Shown: in pieces, positions 18,585-30,500 of the stretch
Position numbering within the stretch: the first letter of the stretch is position 1
Layout of the letters: the number at the start of each line of letters is the position of its first letter
Assembly (NCBI GenBank): GCA_039194425.1
Contig: JBCCVZ010000005.1
Coordinates: 293,144-357,143, forward strand
Length of the DNA stretch: 64,000 nucleotides
Direction: 5' to 3'
Source of the DNA: Acidobacteriota bacterium
Lineage (GTDB): Bacteria > Acidobacteriota > Thermoanaerobaculia > Multivoradales > J023
Program-made: the position numbers and the translations under genes
Notes under the pieces: generated by a model
Seen by the model: only the letters and a program-made list of their open reading frames with translations
What the model was told of the DNA's origin: nothing
Database searches by the model: none

Positions 18585-20315
18585 CTACTCCGCGGCGCCG
18601 GAGGCCGGTTCGTTCGACGCGGAGTCGTCCGCGGCGAGTCGCCAGCGTGCCACGTGATGGAACGGGCTCACAGCGTCGGGCTCGACGTCGCGCAGCTCCC
18701 GGCGCGCGGCGAGCAGCCGCGGCGACGCGTAGATCAGGGTCTGAGGTTGGTCCTGGTGCAGGATCTCCTGCACCTCGCGGAAGAGCGGCAGGGTCTCGAC
18801 GACGTCCTCAGTCGCCGCGATCTCCTCGAGCAGTCGATCCATCTCGGGATTCGAGTAGCCGCCCCAGTTGAAGCCGTTCTCGCTCGCTCGCGTGTGGTAG
18901 TGAGGGCGCAGGTCGAAGTCGGTGCCGATCCCCAGAGCCTGCATCACGGCATCGAAGCGTTGGTTCTCCAACGGCTCGAGCAGGGCGTTGAACTCCATCG
19001 TCCGCGTCTCGACGGCGACGCCGATGCGCTCGAGCTGCGACTGCACCATAGTGATCACGTCGCGCCGAAGGTCGTTGTCGGCGTTGGTCATCAGCTCGAA
19101 GCGTAGCGGCTCGCCGTCGCGATCGAGCACGCCGTCTCCGTCGCTGTCGGTGAAGCCGCGCTCGGTGAGAATCTCCTGTGCCCGCTGCGGATCGTAGGGC
19201 CACGGCTCGAGCTCGTCGTGATGCACCCACGTGTCGGCGGCGAGCGGCGACGACGGCACGTCGGCATAGCCATAGAACAAGCTGTCGACGATCTGCTGCC
19301 GGTTGATGCCGAGGGTCAGCGCGCGGCGTACTGCCGGGTCGTCGAACGGTTCGCGCGTGGCGTTCCAGGCGATGAAGTAGTAGGCGCGCGGCAGGTACGA
19401 GAGAAGCTTCAGCTCCGGATCGTTCTCGATCGACTCGGCCTCGGCGGGACGGATGAAGTCGACGAAATGCACGCCGCCCGCGCGCAGCCGAGCGAGCTGG
19501 CTGGCGCGCTCGGGGATCACCTCGAAGACGACGCGCTCGGCCCCGGGCAGGCCGGGCTCGAAGTAGCGCTCGTTGCGGCGCAGCGTGATGCGCTGGGCCG
19601 GCTGCCAGGACTCGAGAGTGAACGGTCCGGACACCACCAGGTTGTCGACGAACCACTGCGACGATTCACGCCACTGCGAGAACGGCAGCTCGCCCCACAC
19701 GTGGCGCGGCAGAATCACGCCGAGGTTGAGGTCGAAGAGCTGGGTGGCGTACGCCTCGGTGAAGTGGAAGCGCACCGTCTTGGCGTCGACTACTTCGACG
19801 TCGCGGATCCGTGCCTTGACCTCGGCCGAGCTCCAGCCGACCTCGGGGCTGGTCTGTGCCTGCCAGGTGAAGTGCACGTCGTCGGCGGTGATCGGCGCGC
19901 CGTCGCTCCACACCGCTTCCTCGCGCAGAGTCACGGTCCAGCTGAGCCGATCCTCGGCCTGTTGCCACGACGCGGCGAGGAGTGGCACGAAGGTCGGGGG
20001 GCCGTCGCGGAAGTTCGTCTCTTCGTCGAACAGCGGGCGAAAGATCGAGAAATAGTGGATTGCCGAGTTGAGCTGGGTCGGCGGCGCGATCAGCTCGTTC
20101 ACGCCCTGCATGTCGACCCCGACGGCGATCACGATGGTGTCGTCCGTCGACGCCGCAGAGGTCTCCCCGTCCGGGGCCGTCTGCTCCGTCGGCGGGGTGC
20201 ACGCGGCACTGGCGCACAACAGAGCGAGGATGCACAGCGCGGCACACAAAGACTCGACGCGCTCGAGCAGGCGACGTGGCGAAGGCTTCTGGAGCATGTC
20301 TTGGGTTTTCACCAC
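18585..20315 (-). CDS. ABC transporter substrate-binding lipoprotein, family 5 (DppA/OppA-like)
   Basis: Lipobox-like SAAC; WSDGAPITADDV, SGPFTLESW and VRRALTLGINRQQIV motifs. Confidence 0.92.
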   Translation of the reverse strand: MVKTQDMLQKPSPRRLLERVESLCAALCILALLCASAACTPPTEQTAPDGETSAASTDDTIVIAVGVDMQGVNELIAPPTQLNSAIHYFSIFRPLFDEETNFRDGPPTFVPLLAASWQQAEDRLSWTVTLREEAVWSDGAPITADDVHFTWQAQTSPEVGWSSAEVKARIRDVEVVDAKTVRFHFTEAYATQLFDLNLGVILPRHVWGELPFSQWRESSQWFVDNLVVSGPFTLESWQPAQRITLRRNERYFEPGLPGAERVVFEVIPERASQLARLRAGGVHFVDFIRPAEAESIENDPELKLLSYLPRAYYFIAWNATREPFDDPAVRRALTLGINRQQIVDSLFYGYADVPSSPLAADTWVHHDELEPWPYDPQRAQEILTERGFTDSDGDGVLDRDGEPLRFELMTNADNDLRRDVITMVQSQLERIGVAVETRTMEFNALLEPLENQRFDAVMQALGIGTDFDLRPHYHTRASENGFNWGGYSNPEMDRLLEEIAATEDVVETLPLFREVQEILHQDQPQTLIYASPRLLAARRELRDVEPDAVSPFHHVARWRLAADDSASNEPASGAAE

Positions 20316-20396
20316 GCGACCCTATCGCCGCCCTCGGAGCGGGTCAACGCGGGCGCTGCTCGAGGCCTGCGTTCGGGTGCTGCTATTCTCCGCCCG

Positions 20397-21749
20397 ATGC
20401 CGATCTCGCGCTCCCCGGCGCCGTCGTCGAGCACCACCCGCCGGCTGGGCGTCGCGGCGGCGGTGTTCGGCCTCTTCGTCGTTTTCGACATTCTTCTCTT
20501 CGCCTTCCTCATTTTCGACTCGCTGTCGCAGCGCGAGCTCGAGAAGGTGCTGCTCGAAGCGCGCGAAGAAGCGCAGCCGATCGCCGCGGAGCTCGAAGCG
20601 CGCGCCGCCCAGCTCGGCGGCGACGATCTCTTCGTCGTCGTCAGCGTGGCGCAGGAGACGAAGACCTACATCGACTCGGTGCTCAGCCAGCGTCAGCTGG
20701 TGTCGAGCGTCGAGATCCGCGATCGCTCTGGGACGGTGGTCTACCAGCAGAGCGAAGAAGAGGATCTGCCGATCGAGCAGTCGCTGCCGCGCGTCGAAGT
20801 CGGACCTTCGGCCGATCTGCCGAACCTGCCGCCGGCGATTCAAGAAGAGGTCGAGGTGCCGATCGGTGATCTCGGCACGCTGGTGATCGGGCTCTCCGAT
20901 GAAGAGGTGCGGACCCGGATCGGTGTGTTGCGGCGCGATCTGATCCGGCAAACCTCGATCGTCGGCGGCGTGACGCTGCTTCTCTTGCTGGTCGCCATCG
21001 CCGGCTTCGTGCACCTGGTGAAGCGCTCACGGGCGCTCGAGGAACAGGCCGGGGAGTCCGAGCGCATGGCCTATGTCGGCACCCTGGCATCGGGCCTGGC
21101 GCACGAGATCCGCAGCCCGTTGAACTCGCTGAGCCTGAACATGCAGATGCTCGAAGAAGAGGCGCGGGAAGAGGGTGGTACGGCGGCGCAGCGGCGGCTC
21201 TTGGCGATCACGCGCGACGAGCTCGGTCGCCTCGAGCGCCTGGCCACCGACTTCCTCACCTACGCCCGCCCGCGGCCGACGGAGGTGGCGAACGAGCCGC
21301 TCGGCGATCTCCTCCGCCGCGCGGTCGGAGTGCTCGGTGGCGAGCTGGCGGCGCAAGGCGTCGACCTCGAGGCCGGCGACCTCACCGGCGGTGCGCTGGT
21401 GCAGGTCGACGGTGGCCAGATCGTGCAGCTGCTGCTCAACCTGGTGCAGAACGCGGCGGCGGCGACCGAGGAGCGCGAGGACCGCCGGGTCGAGCTCGAG
21501 GCGCGCATCGACGGCGGGCAGGCCGTGCTCGAGGTACGCGACAACGGCCGTGGCATCGCCGCCGAGGACCAGGAGCGAATCTTCGAGCTCTTCTACTCGA
21601 AGCGCAAGGGCGGCACGGGTCTGGGCCTGGCGATCGTGCAGCGCATCGCCGAAACGCACGGCGCCACGATCGAGCTCGAGTCCGCGCCGGGCGACGGCAC
21701 GAGCGTGCGCATCCGCTTTCCGCGCGAGGCGCTGGCCAGGGCACGCTGA
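20397..21749 (+). CDS. Membrane sensor histidine kinase
   Basis: Two TM helices; H-box LAHEIRSPL, N-box LNLVQNA, DNGRG and GGTGLGL; start set at ATG 20397. Confidence 0.92.
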   Translation: MPISRSPAPSSSTTRRLGVAAAVFGLFVVFDILLFAFLIFDSLSQRELEKVLLEAREEAQPIAAELEARAAQLGGDDLFVVVSVAQETKTYIDSVLSQRQLVSSVEIRDRSGTVVYQQSEEEDLPIEQSLPRVEVGPSADLPNLPPAIQEEVEVPIGDLGTLVIGLSDEEVRTRIGVLRRDLIRQTSIVGGVTLLLLLVAIAGFVHLVKRSRALEEQAGESERMAYVGTLASGLAHEIRSPLNSLSLNMQMLEEEAREEGGTAAQRRLLAITRDELGRLERLATDFLTYARPRPTEVANEPLGDLLRRAVGVLGGELAAQGVDLEAGDLTGGALVQVDGGQIVQLLLNLVQNAAAATEEREDRRVELEARIDGGQAVLEVRDNGRGIAAEDQERIFELFYSKRKGGTGLGLAIVQRIAETHGATIELESAPGDGTSVRIRFPREALARAR

Positions 21750-21780
21750 GGCGCGCGGCGAGCTGTGCCCTGCGGCCGAC

Positions 21781-21948
21781 TCAGTGCGCCGAGCCCATCA
21801 AGGCCTCGAAGTCGTCTTCCTTCAGGAAGGTGTCGACGTCCTCGTTGCCGCACATCAGGCACTGCGCCTCGGTCAGGTGGTCGTTCTCATACGTGAAGGT
21901 GTAGCACGGCGTCTCGCATTCGACGCAGACCAGGTATTCGGGCTCCAT
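21781..21948 (-). CDS. 55-aa zinc-ribbon-like small protein
   Basis: MEPEYLVCVECETPC...CLMCGNED: two CxxC pairs; acidic. Confidence 0.7.
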   Translation of the reverse strand: MEPEYLVCVECETPCYTFTYENDHLTEAQCLMCGNEDVDTFLKEDDFEALMGSAH

Positions 21949-22044
21949 CGGGTCCAGGCTCCATCGATCGTCTCGCGGGCGCAGGTCGAGCGCGCGCCGA
22001 CCTGTCGGGAGCATACCGCGCGGTGCGGACGCAGATCGGCCAGA

Positions 22045-22073
22045 TTGACGGAGCCGGCGAGTTTTTGTACTCT
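22045..22073 (+). promoter_or_regulatory. Sigma70-type promoter for the rplU-rpmA operon
   Basis: TTGACG-N17-TACTCT. Confidence 0.75.
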
Positions 22074-22340
22074 CTGCGTTCGCGCCGCCCGGCGTCGGTC
22101 GATCTCTGTCCGCCAGCACCGACCTCCGGGAGGTACCGACCCACGGCCTTGCGACGCCGGAGCGGTCTTGCCGGCGCGACCGCCGCAGCGCTCGGTCCTC
22201 AGCCAGAGGCCCGGAACCACAGCGGCTCCGACTTCCCGACCCGTCCACGAGACCAGCAGCAACGACCCAGACGCCGCGCGGTCGACCCGCGGGGTGTTTC
22301 GACGGCGCGCTCTCCGCGCCCGTCCGCAGGAGCAGGATTC

Positions 22341-22661
22341 ATGTTCGCGATCATCGAAACAGGTGGCAAGCAGTACCGCGTGGAGAAAGGCGACGTGCTC
22401 GACATCGAGCGTGTGGCCGGTGCCTCGGCCGACGCGCCGGAGATCGACTTCGATCGCGTTCTCCTGGTGTCGGACGGCGACGACGACGTGCGTGTCGGTG
22501 CGCCGGTCGTCGACGGTGCGAGCGTCAAGGGCGTTTGGCTCGACGACGTCCGCGGTCCCAAGCTCACTGTGTTCAAGTTCAAGCGGCGCAAGCAGTACCG
22601 TCGCAAGCGCGGTCACCGGCAGGACCTGCACCGCGTGCGCATCGAAGACATCCAGGCCTGA
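22341..22661 (+). CDS. rplU: 50S ribosomal protein L21
   Basis: MFAIIETGGKQYRV...FKFKRRKQYRRKRGHRQ. Confidence 0.97.
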   Translation: MFAIIETGGKQYRVEKGDVLDIERVAGASADAPEIDFDRVLLVSDGDDDVRVGAPVVDGASVKGVWLDDVRGPKLTVFKFKRRKQYRRKRGHRQDLHRVRIEDIQA

Positions 22662-22673
22662 GGGAGATTCACG

Positions 22674-22937
22674 ATGGCTCATAAGAAAGGTCAGGGCTCG
22701 AGCCGCAACGGTCGCGACTCGAATCCGAAGTTCCTCGGCGTGAAGCGCTACGGCGGCCAGGAGGTCACCGGCGGCACCATCATCGTTCGCCAGCGCGGTA
22801 CGCGGATCCGCCCTGGCGCGAACGTCGGTCGCGGCAAGGACGACACGCTCTTCGCTCTCGCCGATGGCACCGTCCGCTTCCAGGACCGGGGCCGGCGCGG
22901 CAAGTTCGTGCACATCGATCCGGCGCCGGCCGAGTGA
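22674..22937 (+). CDS. rpmA: 50S ribosomal protein L27
   Basis: [16 protein letters not shown]...IIVRQRGT...GKDDTLFAL. Confidence 0.98.
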   Translation: MAHKKGQGSSRNGRDSNPKFLGVKRYGGQEVTGGTIIVRQRGTRIRPGANVGRGKDDTLFALADGTVRFQDRGRRGKFVHIDPAPAE

Positions 22938-24696
<1,759 letters not shown>

Positions 24697-24700
<4 letters not shown>

Positions 24701-25230
24701 ACCTTTTGGAGGATCAGACCATCCCCTCGACAGACCGCGTTTCAGAAGCCACCGAGTCGGTGTCCGCCACCGCGACCACGACGGTCGACGAGCCCACCGA
24801 CGACGCGCACCCCGAGGCCGCTCTCGCCGACGCCGAGCGCCGTCCGCGCACCCGCGCCGGGACGCTCGAGTCGATCGAGCAGGCGCGTTTGGCCGCAGAG
24901 GCAGCGCTCGACCGCCAGGCGGTCGACCTCAAGGTGCTGGAGCTCGCCGGGGTCAGCGACTTCACCGACTACTTCCTGATCTGTACCGGCAACAACGAGC
25001 GCCAGGTGCAGGCCATTGCCGACGCGATCGAGAAGAGCCTGCGAGATGCCAAGGTGAAGCCGCTCCACATCGAAGGCAAGAGCGGGGCACGGTGGGTCCT
25101 GCTGGACTACGGTGGTGACATGGTGGTCCACGTGTTCCGCGACGAAGCGCGCAGCTTCTACGACCTCGAGCGGTTGTGGTCCGACGCGCCGGATGTCACC
25201 GACCAGCTGGTCGAGGGCGCCGCCGGCTGA
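24697..25230 (+). CDS. rsfS: Ribosome silencing factor (Iojap)
   Basis: DYFLICTG, RQVQAIAD, WVLLDYG, VHVF and FYDLERLW motifs; low-complexity N-terminal extension. Confidence 0.93.
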
Positions 25231-26165
25231 GGCCAAGCCGGCAGGCGACGGAGACGCCGATCCCCAGCGCGCTCGAGGATCTGCTGCGCGACGCACCGGA
25301 CCTGCGTGCCGCGCTTCCGGGCATCGAGCGCGCCGCCGCCGTCGACGCGCCGGTGCTGCTGCTCGGCGAGCCCGGCAGCGGACGCACGACGCTCGCGCGC
25401 GCAGTACACCAGGCGAGCCGGAGAGCGAGCGGCCCGCTGGTCGAGGTCGATCCCGGCGTCGTGCCGGCCTCGCTCTTCGAGAGCGAGCTCTTCGGCCACC
25501 GTGCCGGCGCCTTCACCGGCGCGGCCGGTGACGTCGCCGGTCGCGTCGAGCGCGCCGAGCGCGGCAGCTTGGTCCTCGACCACGTCGAAGAGCTGCCGCT
25601 TTCCTTGCAACCCAAGCTGCTGCGCCTGCTCGCCGAGCACGCCTACACGCCGCTCGGCGGGCGCGAACGCCAGGCCGACGTGCGCTTCCTTGCCCTCGGC
25701 GCCGACGATCTCGAGCGCCGCGTTGAGCGCGGCACGTTCCGCGCCGATCTCTTCTATCGCCTCGAGGTCTTGGCCTTTTCCTTGCCGCCGCTGCGTCGTC
25801 GCCGGCGCGACCTCCCGGCGCTGATCGACCGCCTGCTCGCCGACCTCGCCGAGCGCTTCGGCCGCCCGCTGCCGCGCCTCGACACCGCCGACCGGCGCTG
25901 GATGCTCGAGCACCCCTGGCCCGGCAACCTGCGTCAGCTCCGTAACGTTCTCGAACGCGCCCTAGTGATCGCCGAGGGCGACGTCCTGGAGGTCGAACCG
26001 CCCACCGACTCCGACTCCGCCCCGCGCCCCCTCGCCGAGGTCGAGCGTGATGAGATCCGCCGCGCCCTCGCCCATACCCGCGGCCACCAGGGCCGCGCCG
26101 CCGCGCTCCTCGGTATCAGCCGCAAGGCCCTCTGGGAGAAGCGCAAGCGCTACGGTCTGCCGTGA
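25176..26165 (+). CDS. Sigma-54 enhancer-binding-type AAA+ regulator with Fis HTH, no N-terminal sensor domain
   Basis: ESELFGH, GAFTGA, FRADLFYRL and WPGNLRQL motifs; C-terminal HTH; start uncertain. Confidence 0.85.
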   Translation: MVRRAGCHRPAGRGRRRLRPSRQATETPIPSALEDLLRDAPDLRAALPGIERAAAVDAPVLLLGEPGSGRTTLARAVHQASRRASGPLVEVDPGVVPASLFESELFGHRAGAFTGAAGDVAGRVERAERGSLVLDHVEELPLSLQPKLLRLLAEHAYTPLGGRERQADVRFLALGADDLERRVERGTFRADLFYRLEVLAFSLPPLRRRRRDLPALIDRLLADLAERFGRPLPRLDTADRRWMLEHPWPGNLRQLRNVLERALVIAEGDVLEVEPPTDSDSAPRPLAEVERDEIRRALAHTRGHQGRAAALLGISRKALWEKRKRYGLP

Positions 26166-26272
26166 GATCATAGGGCTATTCGTGCCAACAGGAGTCGTTT
26201 CGCGTCAGTCTTCGAGAGAAGAAGACCGAGATCGTGGCGTCGGTTTGGGGGATTTGGTTGTCAGGAGGAGCA

Positions 26273-27574
26273 ATGGCCCAGTTTGCAGAGCGGAAGAACC
26301 CCCCAGACGTGCCGGGCGCGCTGCAGATCGACGAGGCTGCGCGCGACTGGCTGCAGTCGTGGACCGGCAGTCTCGGGCTCGACGGCGCTGGGCTCCGTCA
26401 TCGTTCGGGTGAGGCCAAGACCGGCGCTTCGTTTGTGCTCGAGCTCTTGCCCGACCCGCACGGCGCTTCGGGGGCGGCGGCTACTGGCGCGACGCCGGCG
26501 CATGAAGGACCGCTGCGGGTGACCTTCGAGGAAGAGGAGATTCTTCGACTGAGCGGCGACCTCTACGAGCGCCCGTCCCGCGATCGGTCTGGACGGGTCG
26601 GCGACCTCGCGGAGCCGCCCTGGTTCGCACGCTCGGCCTACCGCGTGTATCTGCGGGGTGTCGAGATTCGGGGTCGTGACACTGTCTTCAACTGCTTTCG
26701 GTGGCAGGATTCGGTGTGGGTCGTGTGCTCGGACCTCGTCTTGACGCAAACCAGCGTTCCGCCCTCGACCGAGTCGTTTCGAGACACGACCGCCGCTCTT
26801 CGAGGCGACTACATGCACGGTGCCGAGAGGGGAACGTTTTGCCTCGCTTGGACCGGTTCGGTCTTGCGGCGGGCTCTGGTCGAGATCGACAAGGTGACGG
26901 CGGTGGCCTGGCCCGACGCTCCGGATCCGGCGCGGACGATCGAGTCGGCTTTTCGCGCCGCCTCGTGGCGGGTCGAAGTCGAGCACAACTGCAGCTCGAT
27001 CGCTGACCCGCCGCACGGCGAGCTTGCGACGGACGAGTTCCTGAACGAGGCGGCCGATCGTTTCCGCAAGAAGCTCCCGGACACGGCCTGGCACTACTAC
27101 GTGCAGTGCCATCGCGGCCTGGCCGCGGCGCCTGACGGCTTCGGCCGATTGCTCAGCGACGGCGGTAGCGCGACCGAGCCCGCGCGCCAGGATGTCGTGG
27201 TCGCAGCCCATACTCGTTTGCCCCCGCCCCTGTCGGGACGCCTCCAAGATCAGCCGCTCTTGTACCTTCGTACCGTCGTCCACGAGCTCGGGCGCGCCGT
27301 GGGGTTCGATCGCAGCCCGGCGTCGGGCTGTACATTCATGCGCGATACGCGCCAACTGGTTAGCGCCTGCAAAACGGCCGAGTGGTCGTTTACCGAAGAG
27401 CAGATCCTGCTTCTGCAGCATCGACCCGACGCATGGATCCGACCGCATTTCCAGATGACGTCGGCCAAGGTTCCCCTGCCGACGAAGCTCGGGAAGTGCT
27501 TGCGGGGGTTGGTGGTGCGGTTGCGAAAGCGATGGCGCAAGCTGAAGCGCTTTGTGACGAGAGCCTCTCGATGA
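26273..27574 (+). CDS. Hypothetical protein with degenerate metzincin motif (pseudo-metalloprotease)
   Basis: RBS AGGAGG before ATG 26273; HELGRAVGFDR followed by a Met-turn-like TFM. Confidence 0.6.
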   Translation: MAQFAERKNPPDVPGALQIDEAARDWLQSWTGSLGLDGAGLRHRSGEAKTGASFVLELLPDPHGASGAAATGATPAHEGPLRVTFEEEEILRLSGDLYERPSRDRSGRVGDLAEPPWFARSAYRVYLRGVEIRGRDTVFNCFRWQDSVWVVCSDLVLTQTSVPPSTESFRDTTAALRGDYMHGAERGTFCLAWTGSVLRRALVEIDKVTAVAWPDAPDPARTIESAFRAASWRVEVEHNCSSIADPPHGELATDEFLNEAADRFRKKLPDTAWHYYVQCHRGLAAAPDGFGRLLSDGGSATEPARQDVVVAAHTRLPPPLSGRLQDQPLLYLRTVVHELGRAVGFDRSPASGCTFMRDTRQLVSACKTAEWSFTEEQILLLQHRPDAWIRPHFQMTSAKVPLPTKLGKCLRGLVVRLRKRWRKLKRFVTRASR

Positions 27575-30500
27575 AGCTCAGAGCACTCGCTGTCGTGCTC
27601 CTCGGCGCCACGTCGCTCGGTGCGCAGCCGAACGCGTTCAGCGCCGCTGAGATCGACCAAGCGATTGTCCGCCTGGCCGACGATGTCCGTTCCGACCGAG
27701 TGCTCGATCTCGAGTTTTGCCAACGTCTGCTCAAGCAGGTCGAAGTGCAGAACGGGAGGACGTCGAGCCGCTATGCACAGCTGCTCGAGCTGACCATCGA
27801 GGCGCGGATTCGGGACGGCGAGCGGCGCTCCGAGCAGCTCTTCGACATGGCGCTGGAGCTTGCTGAGCTCCGCGCGGTGACCAAGGACGAACAGCCGGAG
27901 TCCTACGCACGGGCACTGCATCTGCTCGGCCGCCTCGAGCAGCTCGGGGGTCGCTTCGACCACGCGCTTGAGTTTTACCAGGTGGCGCTCGACTTGCGGC
28001 GCACGCTCGACGGCTCGCCGCTTGAGATTGCGCGCACGTTCGAGAGCCTCGGCTCGGTACTCGACGATCTCGGCCGGCGCGCCGAAGCCCTGGAAATGCT
28101 CGAAGAGGCGCTCGAGATCCTCGACGCCGAGGGCGCGGGCGGCGAGGCTGCGCGGGTGCTCAACACGCTGGGCGGCACCCTGCATCGCCTCGGCGAGCAC
28201 GAAGAAGCCGCCGCGGCGTTCGCGCGCGCGATCGATGTCGGGCGCCAAGTGTTTGGCTCGCTACATCCGATCCAAGCGCGCAGCCATCACAACCTCGGCT
28301 ATGTTGCGCATGTCCTCGGCGACATCGAGCGCGCCGAGTCGAACCTGCGACAGGCGCTTGAGGTCCGAGTGCAGGTCCATGGCGAGGTCGACCCGGTGAC
28401 CGCCTCGAGCCAGGCGGCGCTAGGTGAGCTCGAGCACGACCGCGGGTTCTTGCACAAGGCACGAGAACATCTCGAGGCGGCCTGGGCGGCCCAGCGCGTG
28501 GGCCTCGGTGATGAGCATCCGCGCACCGTCGCCACCCTGTCGCGTCTGGGCGCTTTGCTCGCCGACCTCGGCCTCGGCGAAGAGGCCTTGGAGGCGCAGC
28601 TCGAGGCGCTGACGGTGTCGCGTCGGGTCTACCCGGGTGGCGATGTCTCTACCGCCGAGATCTTGCTCCGCTTGGCCGCTGTCGAGCGCGATCGCGGTGG
28701 GCTCGCGCCGGCGCGCCGGTATCTCCTCGAAGCTCAGGAGATCTATCGCCGAGGCACCAAGGATCGTCATGTCGGCGCAGCGCGCGTCGAGTGCCGGCTC
28801 GCCGCGCTCGACGAGGTAGCCGGCGACTCGGTCAAGGCGGCGCACGGCTTCGCCCTCTGTGACGCCCTACTCGCTCGACGAGACCTGGAGCACCCCGGGC
28901 GGATCGACTCTCTGCGGGGTCTATCGCGCACCGCACGTGAACTCGGGACGGCCAGCCGCTACCTCCAGCGTGCCGAGATCCTGGCTCGCTCGCTGGTCGG
29001 GGAGATCCACCCGCTGCGGAGCGAAATTCAGGTCGAGAAAGCAGTCTTGCTGGCGCGAGGCGGCGAGGTGACGGCGGCACTCGCCGAAGCGCTGACGGCG
29101 AGCGCGCGCGCGCGCCAGTGGGTGAGGATCGGCGTTGCCGGCCTGTCGCACCGGGAAGCGGACCGTTTCGAGCGCCTGGGGCGTCGCCCACTCGACCTCG
29201 TGGTCTCGCTCGCGAGGCGACACCCCGAGGTGTCCGTCGGGGCAGTTTGGGGCGAGGTGATCGCGGCGCGGAGCCTGGTGCTCGACACTCAGGTCTTTCG
29301 CGCGCGTCTAGGGCGGGAGTGCGCCGGTACCGCGCGTCGCGCCAAGCTCGAAGAGCTCGATCGGTCGACGCAGCGACTTGGTGCCCTCTGGCATCGCGGC
29401 TCGGGTGTCCTCCCGGAGGACTCGCGTGCTCGCCTCGCCACGAGTCTGCGGCGGCGCGCCGAATCACTCGAGCGTGATCTCGCCGCCGATCCCGACTGCC
29501 CCATGCCGGAGCTGCAGGAACCGAGCCTCGACGCCGTGCGCGAGCGTCTGCAGCAGGTTGGGGACGCGGCGATTCTCTTGGCGACCGCGCGCTATACCGA
29601 TCTGCTCGCGGACAGTGGCGCCGAGCGCGATCGCTACGCCGCCTGGATCGCGACGCCGGGCGCGATGCCGCTGTTCCTCGACCTTGGACCGGCCGCGGCG
29701 CTCGAGGAATCTATCGACACCTGGCGCAAAGTGATGTTGGGAGCGCTCGAAGGACGCGTCGACGAGGCCGAGGTCGAGGCCGCACGCGATGGTCTCAGCG
29801 CCCTGCTGTGGCGTCCCTTGGCACCGCATCTTGAGAGCCTGACTGCTGAACGAGCGAACGATCCCATCGAGCCCGCCGAGCGGCTGCTCTGGGTGCCCGA
29901 CGGCGCCTTGCGGGGCGTGGCGCTTCCCGCGCTACGCGATGAGCGAGGCCGAGATCTTCTCGACGTGTTACCTCCAGTCGTGCGCCTGGCGAGTGAGCGT
30001 GATCTCGTCGCCACGGTCTCACCCAAAGCCCACGGGCGAGGTCTGTTGGCTGTCGGTGCACCTCTCGCAGCGCCCATGGAGGTTGACACAGGCGCTGAGC
30101 TCGTCGATCCCGAAGCGCCGAGGCTACCCACGCTCGAGGGTGCCGAGGCCGAGGTGCATGCCATCGTACGGTTGTGGAACGAGAGCACTACGAACAGCGC
30201 CTCGGTCGCCGCTGTTCTCCTTGGCCCGACCGCGACCGAGGAAGCTGTACGGCGGCATGCGGTTGGCGCCGAGGTCTTGCATTTCGCCACCCACGTCACC
30301 CGAGTCGAGGTCGACGATCTACTGCTCGGCTCGGCTCTCGTGCTCACCGGCTTCGGCAGCTTCGATCGCTCCGGCCAGCCCGGAGACGACGGCTACTTGA
30401 GCGCCGCGGAAGTCGCCCGCCTCGATCTCGGCGCGACTTCTTGGGTGGTGCTCTCGGGCTGTGAGAGCTTCGGCGCGTTGCAGCGCGCCTTCCGTTTCGC

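Noticed and set aside
19218-20396. N-terminal 393 codons of the 843-aa kinase ORF
   Set aside because: Antisense to the ABC substrate-binding gene; the real kinase starts at about 20397.
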